Of a stretch of DNA of 64,000 nucleotides, positions 26,414 through 35,752 are shown piece after piece. This DNA is from Abditibacterium sp. (GTDB lineage: Bacteria > Armatimonadota > Abditibacteriia > Abditibacteriales > Abditibacteriaceae): NCBI GenBank assembly GCA_965199495.1, contig CBDASK010000003.1, positions 2,784,001 through 2,848,000 of the forward strand, given 5' to 3'. Every line of letters begins with the position of its first letter. Within the stretch, counting starts at the first letter, position 1. The position numbers were made by a program, and so were the translations under genes. The notes below the pieces were generated by a model. It did no database searches, was not told the origin of the DNA, and saw nothing but the letters and a program-made list of their open reading frames with translations.

Positions 26414-26828
26414 ATGACTACAAAGCGCACAAATCACTCGGTTTACAACCTCAACTATCACCTTGTTTTTGTAACCAAATACCGCAACGAGGTTTTGAAG
26501 GGCAATATCGAAACTTACGTTAAAGAACGCGTGAGACAGCTTTGCATCGAATATGGTTTTGAGCTTTTAGAGGTTGAGGTCATGCCCGACCATTTGCATT
26601 TGTTTGTTTCTGCGCCGCCAAAAGTCGTTGGATGCGAATCGCTCAAATCCTGAAAAGCAAACTGGCAATCGGGTGCCCTTTGGGCGGATGTTCCGCACTT
26701 TTCCTATGTTGAAAAAGCGGCGTTTTTGGGGAAGCGGCTTATGGTCTCGTGGCTGCTATTATGGCTCTGCTGGCACCGTGAGCGCCGAAACCATTCAACG
26801 TTACATCCAAGAACAAAAACTATGCTAA
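26414..26828 (+). pseudogene. tnpA: Frameshifted IS200-type Y1 transposase
   Basis: YHLVFVTKYR and MPDHLHL (HUH) in a frame that stops at 26653; LWSRG...TIQRYIQEQ (catalytic Tyr) in another frame. Confidence 0.85.
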
Positions 26829-26913
26829 AAACTATTACGCACAAGTCGTCCTACGGACGACGCCGCAATTCCTCCCACAAGACGAGCTTGTGGGTTTCCT
26901 TGGGGCTTTCTTT

Positions 26914-27798
26914 ATGAATTATTCTCGTGCCCTCATCGTGGGCGGGCAGGGCGCACTGGCCGGAGCTTTGAACCGCGCCGCGCCCGCGTCGGTTTTGTGC
27001 CAGAGCGCCAGTCGCGCCGAACTGGATATTTGCGATGGCGCCGCCGTGCGTGCATTTTTGAAAACGAGCAAACCCAATGTCGTATTGAACGGCGCGGCTT
27101 ATAACGCCGTTGACCGCGCGCAGGGCGAAGGCGCCGCCGATGCCATCGCGATTAACGCGACCGGCGTGGCGAATCTGGCCCTTGCGTGTCGCGATTTGCA
27201 AATTCCGCTCGTCCATTTTTCGTCGGATTTTGTCTTCGATGGACGCAAAACTACGCCTTATCTCGAAACCGACGCGACCGGGCCGTTGAGCATTTATGGC
27301 GCATCGAAATTGTGCGGCGAAAACATCGCCTTGACGACTGCGCCGCGCAATTTAGCGATTCGCGTGTGCCGGTTGTTCGGGCCGACAATCGAAGACGGTT
27401 CTGGTTCGGCGCGCAAACCGGGCGGCAATTTTCCCTTATTAATGCTGCGTCTGGCGCGCGAACGCGGAAGCGTCAAAATCGTGGACGATCAAATCGGTTC
27501 GCCTTCCTATACGCCCGACGTGGCTGCTGGCGTGTGGCAACTTTTGGAACAAGGCGCGACGGGATTATTTCAATTATCCAACGCGGGCGAAGTTTCGTTC
27601 GCTGATTACGCCTCCGAGATTTTCCAAATCGCGGGCGTCCCTTGTTCCATCGAACGCGTTTCGAGCGCCGATTATGGCGCGCCCGCCGCGCGCCCGCTTT
27701 ATTCGACCTTGAGCAACGACAAAGCCACGGCGGCGGGCGCCGCGCCGCTTCGTCATTGGCGCGACGCGTTGGAAGAATTTTTGGCGGATGTCAGATAG
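26914..27798 (+). CDS. rfbD: dTDP-4-dehydrorhamnose reductase
   Basis: AAYNAVD, SSDFVFDG, YGASK, DQIGSP, AARP motifs. Confidence 0.9.
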   Translation: MNYSRALIVGGQGALAGALNRAAPASVLCQSASRAELDICDGAAVRAFLKTSKPNVVLNGAAYNAVDRAQGEGAADAIAINATGVANLALACRDLQIPLVHFSSDFVFDGRKTTPYLETDATGPLSIYGASKLCGENIALTTAPRNLAIRVCRLFGPTIEDGSGSARKPGGNFPLLMLRLARERGSVKIVDDQIGSPSYTPDVAAGVWQLLEQGATGLFQLSNAGEVSFADYASEIFQIAGVPCSIERVSSADYGAPAARPLYSTLSNDKATAAGAAPLRHWRDALEEFLADVR

Positions 27799-27837
27799 CG
27801 GATTTCGGGTTTCAGATTTCAGATATTGGCGCGCGGT

Positions 27838-27981
27838 GTCATTTCGAGTGAGGCACGAACCGAGAAATCTTATGGCCCCGCGCCAGCGGAACTGATGCGC
27901 AAGCCTGAAAGCAAAAGTCGCTCGGACTTGCGTTGCCACGCGGGCGCAAGATTTCTCGGTTCGTGCCTCACTCGAAATGAC
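27838..27981. repeat. Long inverted repeat, family D (34-bp arms)
   Basis: GTCATTTCGAGTGAGGCACGAACCGAGAAATCTT ... AAGATTTCTCGGTTCGTGCCTCACTCGAAATGAC. Confidence 0.9.
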
Positions 27982-28002
27982 CTGACGCGCTCCTATCCGT
28001 AA

Positions 28003-28785
28003 TTAATCCATCTTCCAACCTTGGCTGCGGTTGGTCGGGTCAATACCGCGCAGCATCATGCTCTGGCCTCGCGAATTGTGCGTGTTAATCGAAGGCGTGT
28101 CTTCGGGGTCGCGCATTTGGATTAATAGTGTGGTGCGCTCTTCATCGCTTTCGTTGATGCCCGAACCGTGAATCGTCAGATACGAGAAAAACAGCGCATC
28201 ACCCGCCTGCGCCGGACACGGCATGGCGGCTTCGAGCGGATACTCATCGAGCGGCAAATGGTGGCCGCCAGTCGGATCGTGTTCCAGCAAACCGCGTTTG
28301 TGCGAGCCGGGCACGACGCGCACGCAACCTTTTTCGAGCGGCGCATCGTCGAAATGAATAATAGCGGCGATCATCGAATGGTTGTCGTGGGGAAAGTAGG
28401 GCGTGTCCTGGTGCATCGGAAACGGCGCGCCGTTTTCGGGCGGCTTGACGAACATTTTGGTGTGGTGCAATTGCACATTGGGCGTGCCCATGACCTGCGA
28501 CGCGGCTTCGGTCAATCGGTCGTTGACGATGAGTTGGGTGAACTTGGCGTCGTAGAACTGCACGTCGTGGCAATGCTGCAACTGCGTCGCTTTTTCGGAC
28601 AACGTTTTGCCACTGCCCCAGCCATCGCCGCCGCGACTTTCGCCATAAATGCGCGCCATCAGTTCGTGTCCGGCCTGACGATAGCACGCGGCTTCCTCGC
28701 GCGAAAACAGACCTTTTACCAGCAAATAACCGTTTTCCTGAAAGAACTCAACCTGTTCGGGAGTTAAAATGGGTTGCGTTGACAT
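28003..28785 (-). CDS. Phytanoyl-CoA dioxygenase family (Fe/2OG) protein
   Basis: FFQENGY, HQD, VPGSH, HGSG.N motifs. Confidence 0.9.
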   Translation of the reverse strand: MSTQPILTPEQVEFFQENGYLLVKGLFSREEAACYRQAGHELMARIYGESRGGDGWGSGKTLSEKATQLQHCHDVQFYDAKFTQLIVNDRLTEAASQVMGTPNVQLHHTKMFVKPPENGAPFPMHQDTPYFPHDNHSMIAAIIHFDDAPLEKGCVRVVPGSHKRGLLEHDPTGGHHLPLDEYPLEAAMPCPAQAGDALFFSYLTIHGSGINESDEERTTLLIQMRDPEDTPSINTHNSRGQSMMLRGIDPTNRSQGWKMD

Positions 28786-28841
28786 GATGTTTTTCCTTAA
28801 TTGGAATAAGTTAAGATTGCCAAACCGCCGAGTTTGGCGCA

Positions 28842-29756
28842 TTAGACGAGCGCGCCTTCTTTGTGGATAATTCGGACATTGCTCTCTTTCGCTTGGCGAA
28901 ACGCGGCGGGCGCCGCGCCGCAGCATTTGCCGAAAACGCGGGTGAAATGGTGAACGTCGGGCAAACCAACGGCGGCGGCGATGCTTTTGATCGGTTCGTC
29001 GGTTGAGCGCAGCAGATGGCGCGCGCGGTCAATGCGCGCGGTTTCAATGTAGGTCGAAGGCGAAACTCCGGCGAACTCGGCGAAGACGCGTTGAAAATGG
29101 CGCGGCGACAGATTTAGATGCGCCGCGATTTCGGCGACGGTGAGTTTGCGCGTCAAATTATCGTGAATATAGCGCGCGCCCAAACGCGCGAGGGCGTGCG
29201 GCGCGGGCGCGGGTAACGGCGCATCGGGCGCGTTTTCGCCCGCGCCCAACGCGGCGATTTGCAACAGCAACGCGTTTTGCAGCGCGAGCAACTGCGCATC
29301 TTTGCCCGCGTGCTGCTCGCTACCAGCCACGGCGCGCAGCGTTTTCCATAAATCGGTTAATAGGCCATCATCGCGCGCGACGATGACGGTGGAATTCGCC
29401 AACGCGCGAAACAATTCGCGCTGTTTCTGGGCAAATTTTTGTTGAACATCGCTCCAATCGAACGAAACCCAGAACAGTTCCATGCGGCTTTTTTCGCTGT
29501 TTTGAATGCGATGAACCACGCCGGGCCGCGCGATAAATAGGTCGCCGCTCGCGATTGGAAATGGTTGGTTCTCGACCGTAAAAACGCCGTGACCGTATGC
29601 GCCAACCAGACAAATCTCGAAGTGCGTGTGACGGTGCGCGACGTTATCAGCGAGAAATGGCTCGTAACTCCAGTTATAAACCTCGACGCCATTTTCGGAT
29701 AAAGGCGTTGCGTTGAGGCGAGAAATCCAGTCCATGATGCAAGAGTTTGAAGCCAC
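28842..29756 (-). CDS. AraC family transcriptional regulator (cupin + HTH)
   Basis: HRHTHFE cupin; IAAAVG..HFTRVF..GAAP HTH. Confidence 0.9.
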   Translation of the reverse strand: MASNSCIMDWISRLNATPLSENGVEVYNWSYEPFLADNVAHRHTHFEICLVGAYGHGVFTVENQPFPIASGDLFIARPGVVHRIQNSEKSRMELFWVSFDWSDVQQKFAQKQRELFRALANSTVIVARDDGLLTDLWKTLRAVAGSEQHAGKDAQLLALQNALLLQIAALGAGENAPDAPLPAPAPHALARLGARYIHDNLTRKLTVAEIAAHLNLSPRHFQRVFAEFAGVSPSTYIETARIDRARHLLRSTDEPIKSIAAAVGLPDVHHFTRVFGKCCGAAPAAFRQAKESNVRIIHKEGALV

Positions 29757-29777
29757 AACGTTGAACCATGATTACAC

Positions 29778-29853
29778 AGCGGGGCTGACTCCTTCTTCCA
29801 ATCGGCGCAGTTCCTCTAAAGCGCGCCGATTGGAAGGAGGAGTCAGCCCCGCT
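29778..29853. repeat. Inverted repeat, family E
   Basis: AGCGGGGCTGACTCCTTCTTCCAATCGGCGC ... GCGCCGATTGGAAGGAGGAGTCAGCCCCGCT. Confidence 0.8.
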
Positions 29854-29891
29854 GGCTTGTGTAGCCTTTCAAGTAGACAGGTAAAACAAGC

Positions 29892-29919
29892 AAGGCCGCT
29901 CTTGCGAGCGGCCTTTTTT
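29892..29919. terminator. Probable intrinsic terminator
   Basis: AAGGCCGCT-cttgcg-AGCGGCCTTTTTT immediately after the PBP stop. Confidence 0.6.
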
Positions 29920-29921
29920 CA

Positions 29922-32390
29922 TTAACGTTGACTACGCACCGGCGTATTTTCGTTGGACTGATCGGACGGTTGCGGTGAACCATCGTCTACATTCACGCTG
30001 CTATCGCCTTCGTAGGCGGGCGGTTGGGGCGCCGAGCGGTCTACCGTACTCATTGGCGGCGCGTCCGAGGCGGGCGGAAATCCGTCGCCAGAGGGCGCGT
30101 TTGAACCGCCGTTTTGGTCACGCACCGGATCGTAGCCCAAATCGCCGGCGCGCGGCGGCGCGGCGCCGTCGTCGAGCGAACGGGGCTGCGTAGATTCGCG
30201 CGTGTGAACGTCGCAGAACTTCGTCGGCGCACCGCCCGCCGCCGAGAACTGGCGCATTTCGGTATCGGGGCAATATTTGGTCGCCAGCAGTCCAGTTTCC
30301 TTGCAAATTCGCACGCGCACGTATTGCTTGTATTGTGCGGCTTGATACCGTTGCTGCTCGGTCGCGCGCTTGTCTTCGACCAGCTTTTGCATTGATTTAT
30401 CGGGACGATTCTTCCAGATTGGCACCGCCTGACGCATAAAGCTGGCGAAGACCGGGCCGCTCCAGGTGCCGCCAAAGCTGTCGTTGCCCAGTGTTTTTTC
30501 CATATCGTAACCCATCCAAACTCCCGTTACCAGTTCGGGCGAGGCGCCGATAAACCACACATCTTTGTTGTTGCTGGTGGTGCCGGTTTTGCCGATAATT
30601 TCCATGTCGGGCAACATTCGATTGACGGGGCGGCCCGTGCCATCGGTGATGACATTGCGCAACATTCCATACATTTCGTTGGCCGCGTTTTGCGATAAAA
30701 CGCGCGAGGCGCGCACTGGATTGGGCTGTTCGAGCAACACGTCGCCATTATAATTTTCGACGCGCACAACCGGCGTTGGCTCGGCGCGCAGACCTTTAGT
30801 CGCGAACACGCCATAACCCGAAACGTGTTCCAGCAGCGAGACTCCCGAAGTGCCCAGAGCCAGCGACGGAACGGGATCGAGCGAAGAACGAATTCCCATC
30901 AAATGCGCCTTTTGAACCGCCGTCTGAATGCCGACTTTGAGCAGCAATTTGGTGGCAATGACGTTATTCGATTGTGCCAAACCGAACTCCAATGATTGTA
31001 ATCCATCATGCCTGCGATTATCGTTTCTAACCTCATGACCACCGCGCCGCTTGGAACGTTTGTTCGGCGGACATTCGCCCGTCCCGCACACCCACAACTG
31101 CGAATCATTCACCATTGATGACGGTGTCAGGCCCGCTTCCATCGCCGCCGCGTAGATGTAGGGTTTCATCGTCGAGCCGGGCTGGCGTTTGGCCTGCACG
31201 GCGCGGTTGAAGGTGCCATTACCGGGGTTGGGATCGCGCCCGCCGACCATCGCCACGATTTGGCCCGTCCAAGGATCAATCGAAACCAGCGCGCCCTGTA
31301 ACTTGCTGCCATGCTCAGCCACGCCATTCGAGAGCGCGTTTTCGGCGATTTTCTGGAGTTTCGGATCGAGCGTGGTATAAACCTTGAGGCCCGGTTCGTC
31401 CAAGTCGTAGCCGTAATTCTTGCGCAGATATTCCCGCACGTAGCTCACGAAATAGGGCGACTTCCACGGCGTCGGATTCGCGCGTTTTTCACTGATGATT
31501 TTGGCTTGCTTCTCGATGAGCTTTTTGGTCTCTGTGTCTTTGAGCGCCTCTTGATACTGGCCCCAGTTGATGTGTTTTTTCTCCCACATCTCGTGCAAAA
31601 CCAGCTTTTGGCGCGCCGCCGCGCGGTCGTAATATTTGAACGGGTTGAGCGACGACGGCGCTTGCGGCAAACCGGCCAGAAGCGCGGCTTCGGCGATGCT
31701 TAAATCTTTGGCGTGCTTGCCAAAATACGTTTCGGCGCCCGCCTCGCAACCGTAGGCGCGATTGCCGTAAGGAATCTCGTTGAGGTAGGCTTCGAGGATT
31801 TCGTCTTTGGAGAGCTTGCGCTCCAATTGCAGCGCCATCAAAGTCGAAGTCAAACGGCGCGACACGCTGCGTTTGTTGGTTTGGTAGACGTTTTTCACCA
31901 ACTGCTCGGTGATCGTCGAGCCGCCCTGCGTGACTTTGCCCGCCTCGTAGTTGGCCAGCATCGCGCCGATGATGCGCTTGGCGTCGGTGCCGGGATGGTT
32001 ATAAAAACGCGCGTCTTCCATCGAAAGCGTCGCGTCAATCAAACGTCCATCCTCGGTCTGAAAACCCACGCCGCGCCGCCGCTCGACGCGCAGTTCGCTG
32101 ATCGGAATGAAATCGCGATTTTGCGTGTCGAACTCGGCGAGCAAACTGCCATCGGCGGCATAAACGCGCGAGGGTTCGGCGCGATTCTTTTGCAGCAGCA
32201 CGCGAATATCGGCGGGCGTATTTTGCAATTGGTCATACAACCCTTTGCCCATCGTGATGGCGACGATAATCACGCAAAACACGATGAGCGACAGCAGCAT
32301 AAGGAATCGCGACAAATACCACCAAAAAGTGTGGCGGAATTTGGGCGGCGGCGCGACGCCTGATTGAGTGAAAACAGCGGGTTTGGCCAT
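29922..32390 (-). CDS. Class A penicillin-binding protein (PBP1A family)
   Basis: EDARFY, GGSTITEQ, YLN; SxxK (GSTMK), SNN and KTG motifs. Confidence 0.93.
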   Translation of the reverse strand: MAKPAVFTQSGVAPPPKFRHTFWWYLSRFLMLLSLIVFCVIIVAITMGKGLYDQLQNTPADIRVLLQKNRAEPSRVYAADGSLLAEFDTQNRDFIPISELRVERRRGVGFQTEDGRLIDATLSMEDARFYNHPGTDAKRIIGAMLANYEAGKVTQGGSTITEQLVKNVYQTNKRSVSRRLTSTLMALQLERKLSKDEILEAYLNEIPYGNRAYGCEAGAETYFGKHAKDLSIAEAALLAGLPQAPSSLNPFKYYDRAAARQKLVLHEMWEKKHINWGQYQEALKDTETKKLIEKQAKIISEKRANPTPWKSPYFVSYVREYLRKNYGYDLDEPGLKVYTTLDPKLQKIAENALSNGVAEHGSKLQGALVSIDPWTGQIVAMVGGRDPNPGNGTFNRAVQAKRQPGSTMKPYIYAAAMEAGLTPSSMVNDSQLWVCGTGECPPNKRSKRRGGHEVRNDNRRHDGLQSLEFGLAQSNNVIATKLLLKVGIQTAVQKAHLMGIRSSLDPVPSLALGTSGVSLLEHVSGYGVFATKGLRAEPTPVVRVENYNGDVLLEQPNPVRASRVLSQNAANEMYGMLRNVITDGTGRPVNRMLPDMEIIGKTGTTSNNKDVWFIGASPELVTGVWMGYDMEKTLGNDSFGGTWSGPVFASFMRQAVPIWKNRPDKSMQKLVEDKRATEQQRYQAAQYKQYVRVRICKETGLLATKYCPDTEMRQFSAAGGAPTKFCDVHTRESTQPRSLDDGAAPPRAGDLGYDPVRDQNGGSNAPSGDGFPPASDAPPMSTVDRSAPQPPAYEGDSSVNVDDGSPQPSDQSNENTPVRSQR

Positions 32391-32524
32391 GAGAAACGAA
32401 AGTAATTCTGGGCGCGCAGTATATCAAGCGCCCGTTCAACCTCTAATAGATGAGCCATTTGCGCGCGGGTTTCGGATGCGATTGTAAGAAGTGTTGGTGC
32501 CCGTGGCTGTTGTTTGGTCGCCAT

Positions 32525-33607
32525 CTAAAATTTATTTCTCGTGTGATATAAAATCGCACGAGAAATAAATTTCCCCGCGTTACGCCGCCAATTCCAGCGC
32601 GCCGTGCCGCGCGGCGGCGGCCAGAGCTTCATCGAAAATTTCGTCCATCTGCCACAGGAAATTGACCTGACATAAACGTCGCGCAGACGCGCGCTTTCGG
32701 GCATGCCCTTCGTATACCAACTCGCGTGTTTGCGCATTTCCTGCATCGCGGTGCGCTCACCTTTGAGTTCGCACAACTGAGCCGCGTGCCAGCGTGCGGT
32801 CTCGATTTTCTGTTCAATCGTCGGCTCGACGGCGTCGGCGCCGCTTGCGAGATACGATTTGATGTTGGCGAACAGAAACGGGTTGCCCATCGCGGCGCGG
32901 CCAATCATCACGGCGTCGCAGCCGGTTTCGTCCAACATGCGCTTGGCGTCGGGGCCGTTATGCACGTCGCCGCCGCCAATCACCGGAATCGAAACGGTTT
33001 GTTTGACGCGACGAATCACCGACCAATCGCTGTGGCCAGTGAACGCCTGTTTCGCTGTGCGCGGATGCACCGAGACAGCCACGGCGCCGACATCCTGCGC
33101 GCGCTGGGCGACTTCGGGCGCCGTAATGTTGTGTTCGTCCCAACCCGCGCGCATTTTCACCGTGACTGGAACATTGAATTGCGCGGCGCCTTCGACTGTC
33201 GCGGCGATAATGTCTTGCGCCAGTTGCGGCGTTTTGAGCAGCAAACAACCGGCGCCGCACTTGGCGATTTTTGGCACGCTGCAACCCATATTAATGTCAA
33301 TCGCGTCGGGTTTGGTGGCGGCGATAATAATGGCGGCTTCGCGCATCATGTCGGGGTCGGCGCCGAAAATCTGCACGGCGACCGGGCGTTCTTCCTCGGA
33401 AAACCACGCCAGAATGCGCGATTTTTCCTGCGACTTAGCGCCGCCGCGAATAAGCGCGGTCGAGGAAACCAGTTCCGACCAACTCATGCCCGCGCCGTAG
33501 CGGCGGCACAAACGGCGAAATGGCTCGGACGTGATGCCCGCCATCGGCGCCAGCACGACGGGCGAATCCACGATGATATTGCCGTTGATAACCAGCGGTT
33601 GAAACAT
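32525..33607 (-). CDS. dusB: tRNA-dihydrouridine synthase DusB, with probable frameshift near the 3' end
   Basis: LAPMAG, DINMGC, VTVKMRAGWD, DAVMIGR, MRKHASWY; a more plausible tail ends at 32580 in another frame. Confidence 0.88.
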   Translation of the reverse strand: MFQPLVINGNIIVDSPVVLAPMAGITSEPFRRLCRRYGAGMSWSELVSSTALIRGGAKSQEKSRILAWFSEEERPVAVQIFGADPDMMREAAIIIAATKPDAIDINMGCSVPKIAKCGAGCLLLKTPQLAQDIIAATVEGAAQFNVPVTVKMRAGWDEHNITAPEVAQRAQDVGAVAVSVHPRTAKQAFTGHSDWSVIRRVKQTVSIPVIGGGDVHNGPDAKRMLDETGCDAVMIGRAAMGNPFLFANIKSYLASGADAVEPTIEQKIETARWHAAQLCELKGERTAMQEMRKHASWYTKGMPESARLRDVYVRSISCGRWTKFSMKLWPPPRGTARWNWRRNAGKFISRAILYHTRNKF

Positions 33608-33667
33608 AGCCACCAAGGGACTGTTAAAACCGCCCGCGCGTTCCCGCGCCGGCGTGGCTGTGTTGGA

Positions 33668-33846
33668 GATTAGAACTCACACCCCCTCTGCCGCTTCGCG
33701 ACATCTCCCCCTCCGAAAGGGGGAGAATGCGATTTTTACCGTTCATAACTCGCGTTTGTCTTGGCGATGTCGAGGGTGACACCGCATTCTCCCCCTTTCG
33801 GAGGGGGAGATGTCGCGAAGCGGCAGAGGGGGTGTGAGTTCTAATC
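33668..33846. repeat. Long inverted repeat, family F (64-bp arms)
   Basis: Arms 33668-33731 and 33783-33846; internal TCTCCCCCTCCGAAAGGGGGAGA hairpin. Confidence 0.9.
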
Positions 33847-33921
33847 GTTTCGCAGTTATCCTGAGCGGCGCGCAAGGCGGCGCGCGCCTGTGCGAGGTGT
33901 GAGTCCCAAATCGTTTCGCAG

Positions 33922-35493
33922 TTATCCATTGGTATGCAGCCGTTGTTCTTCCAAATCCAGATCGTTCTGAATGCGCCGCACAGCGTCCTCGTGCAATGCG
34001 CCGCGTTTGCGCAACTGTGCCAATTCGCGCCGTTGAACGTGCAATAGTTCCAGCGCGACCTGTTTCTTATTGAGAAATTCGCCGCTTTCGTCCGCCTCAG
34101 AATCCAAATTACGCGCGCGATAACGATAATACTTTTGGAAATATTCCAACGCCGGAGCGGGCGCGCAATTTTCGGTTTGCAGTTGCTCGATGCGCGCGAG
34201 GGCCGCGTGCGCCAGTTCGCGGCGCGCGTTATTTTCTTCGCGCTCGGTTTCGCCGTCGCCTTTCAAATGCAACAGCCGAATGAGCGGCGGCAAGGTCAAT
34301 CCCTGCACAACCAGCGTTGCCAAAATCGCGAAAAACGTGATGAAAATAATCAAGTTGCGCTGCGGAAACGGTTCGCCCGACGTTAAAACGAACGGTAACG
34401 CCAACGCGCCCGCCAGCGAAATCGCGCCGCGCATGCCCGTCCATGCGACAACTGCAATTGGTTTCCACGACGAAAATGGATCGTCGTTTGGAGGGTGAAA
34501 CCCCAGAACGTGCGATGCAAAAGCCGTGGCAAACGACCAAACGACGCGCGTCGCGATGAAAGTTAGCGCGATAATCGCGGCATAAATCGTGGCTTGTGTC
34601 AGCGAAATATCGCCCAGACCGCCGATGATGCGGCGCAATTGCAAACCGACCAACAAAAATAAAACGTTGTTGAACAAAAAATCGAGCATATCCCAAAACG
34701 CGATGGCCTGAAGTCGCGTTTCGCTCGAACTGGCGCGCGGCAGGCGGCGCGAAAAATAGAATCCGGCGGCCACAACGGCCAACACACCGGAAACGTGCAA
34801 CAGTTCATCGGCGACGATATAGGTCGCGAACGGTACAACCAAAACAATCGCGTTTTCGACCGCCGATTCGTTGATGCGTTTGATAAAAAAGACCGCGAGC
34901 AAACCCGCCAATAATCCAATGGCGATGCCGCCGCCGCTAATCAGCAGAAACTCCAATCCCGCGTGACTCAGCGAAAACGCGCCGGTCAGAGTAGCAGCCA
35001 CGGCGAGCTTGTAGACGACCAAACCGGTCGCGTCGTTGACCAGACTTTCGCCTTCGAGAATCGTCACGATGCGACGCGGCACGCCCAAACTTTGCGTAAT
35101 CGAAGTTGCCGCGACGGCATCGGTCGGCGAGACAATCGCGCCTAATGCCAGCGCCGCCGCCCACGGCAAACCCGGCACAATCGCGTGCGCGACCCAACCG
35201 ACGACGAGCGTGGTGAGAATCACCAGTCCCAGCGCGAGCAGTCCGATGGGTTGCAGGTTGCGCCCGAAGTCGCGCCACGAAGTCCGCACGCTGGCCACGA
35301 ACAAAAGCGGCGGCAAAAATAAAGTGAAAATGACTTCGGGCGCCAGTTCGATTTTTCCAAACGCGGGCACATAGGAAAGTCCCAATCCGCCGACCAGCAG
35401 TGGAATCGCGGGCGGCAAACGCAACGCGCCCGCCAATCGTACGATGACGATAACGGCGAGCAAAAGCGCGATACCAGTTTCAAGCGGAGACAT
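33922..35493 (-). CDS. Na+/H+ antiporter, CPA1 family (NhaP/YjcE type)
   Basis: LPPLLF, SPTDAVA, LEGESLVNDA, GMRGAISLA, VQGLTL. Confidence 0.93.
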   Translation of the reverse strand: MSPLETGIALLLAVIVIVRLAGALRLPPAIPLLVGGLGLSYVPAFGKIELAPEVIFTLFLPPLLFVASVRTSWRDFGRNLQPIGLLALGLVILTTLVVGWVAHAIVPGLPWAAALALGAIVSPTDAVAATSITQSLGVPRRIVTILEGESLVNDATGLVVYKLAVAATLTGAFSLSHAGLEFLLISGGGIAIGLLAGLLAVFFIKRINESAVENAIVLVVPFATYIVADELLHVSGVLAVVAAGFYFSRRLPRASSSETRLQAIAFWDMLDFLFNNVLFLLVGLQLRRIIGGLGDISLTQATIYAAIIALTFIATRVVWSFATAFASHVLGFHPPNDDPFSSWKPIAVVAWTGMRGAISLAGALALPFVLTSGEPFPQRNLIIFITFFAILATLVVQGLTLPPLIRLLHLKGDGETEREENNARRELAHAALARIEQLQTENCAPAPALEYFQKYYRYRARNLDSEADESGEFLNKKQVALELLHVQRRELAQLRKRGALHEDAVRRIQNDLDLEEQRLHTNG

Positions 35494-35752
35494 AGGAGAT
35501 TAGGCGACGGATAATTTTACGCTCCGGTTCGCTGGCACAGAGTAAAATGAAGTGTAGACCAACACAATTTGGGCAAAATCTGACGCGATAAAGATTTAAA
35601 CATCCAATCTCCGCAAATTAGATGCGCCCAATTCGCCCACGCGAATCTCTCCGCACCAGATAATTCTGTCATTCCATATCAATTGGCCGTATCCATGTAA
35701 AAATAGGCATAGTAAACCCCGCGCAAACATCGCGCGCGTCGCAATCACTTCT

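Larger units (their letters stand above)
25225..26913 (-). mobile_element. IS200/IS605-family element (divergent tnpA and tnpB)
   Basis: tnpB plus tnpA remnants; subterminal hairpins at 25233-25253 and 26874-26894; lower GC; exact ends are inferred. Confidence 0.85.

Noticed and set aside
26748..26759. Partial motif CGTGGCTGCTA inside tnpA, giving GCYY where GYYY might be expected
   Set aside because: A single partial match; motif-driven mutation cannot be distinguished from chance
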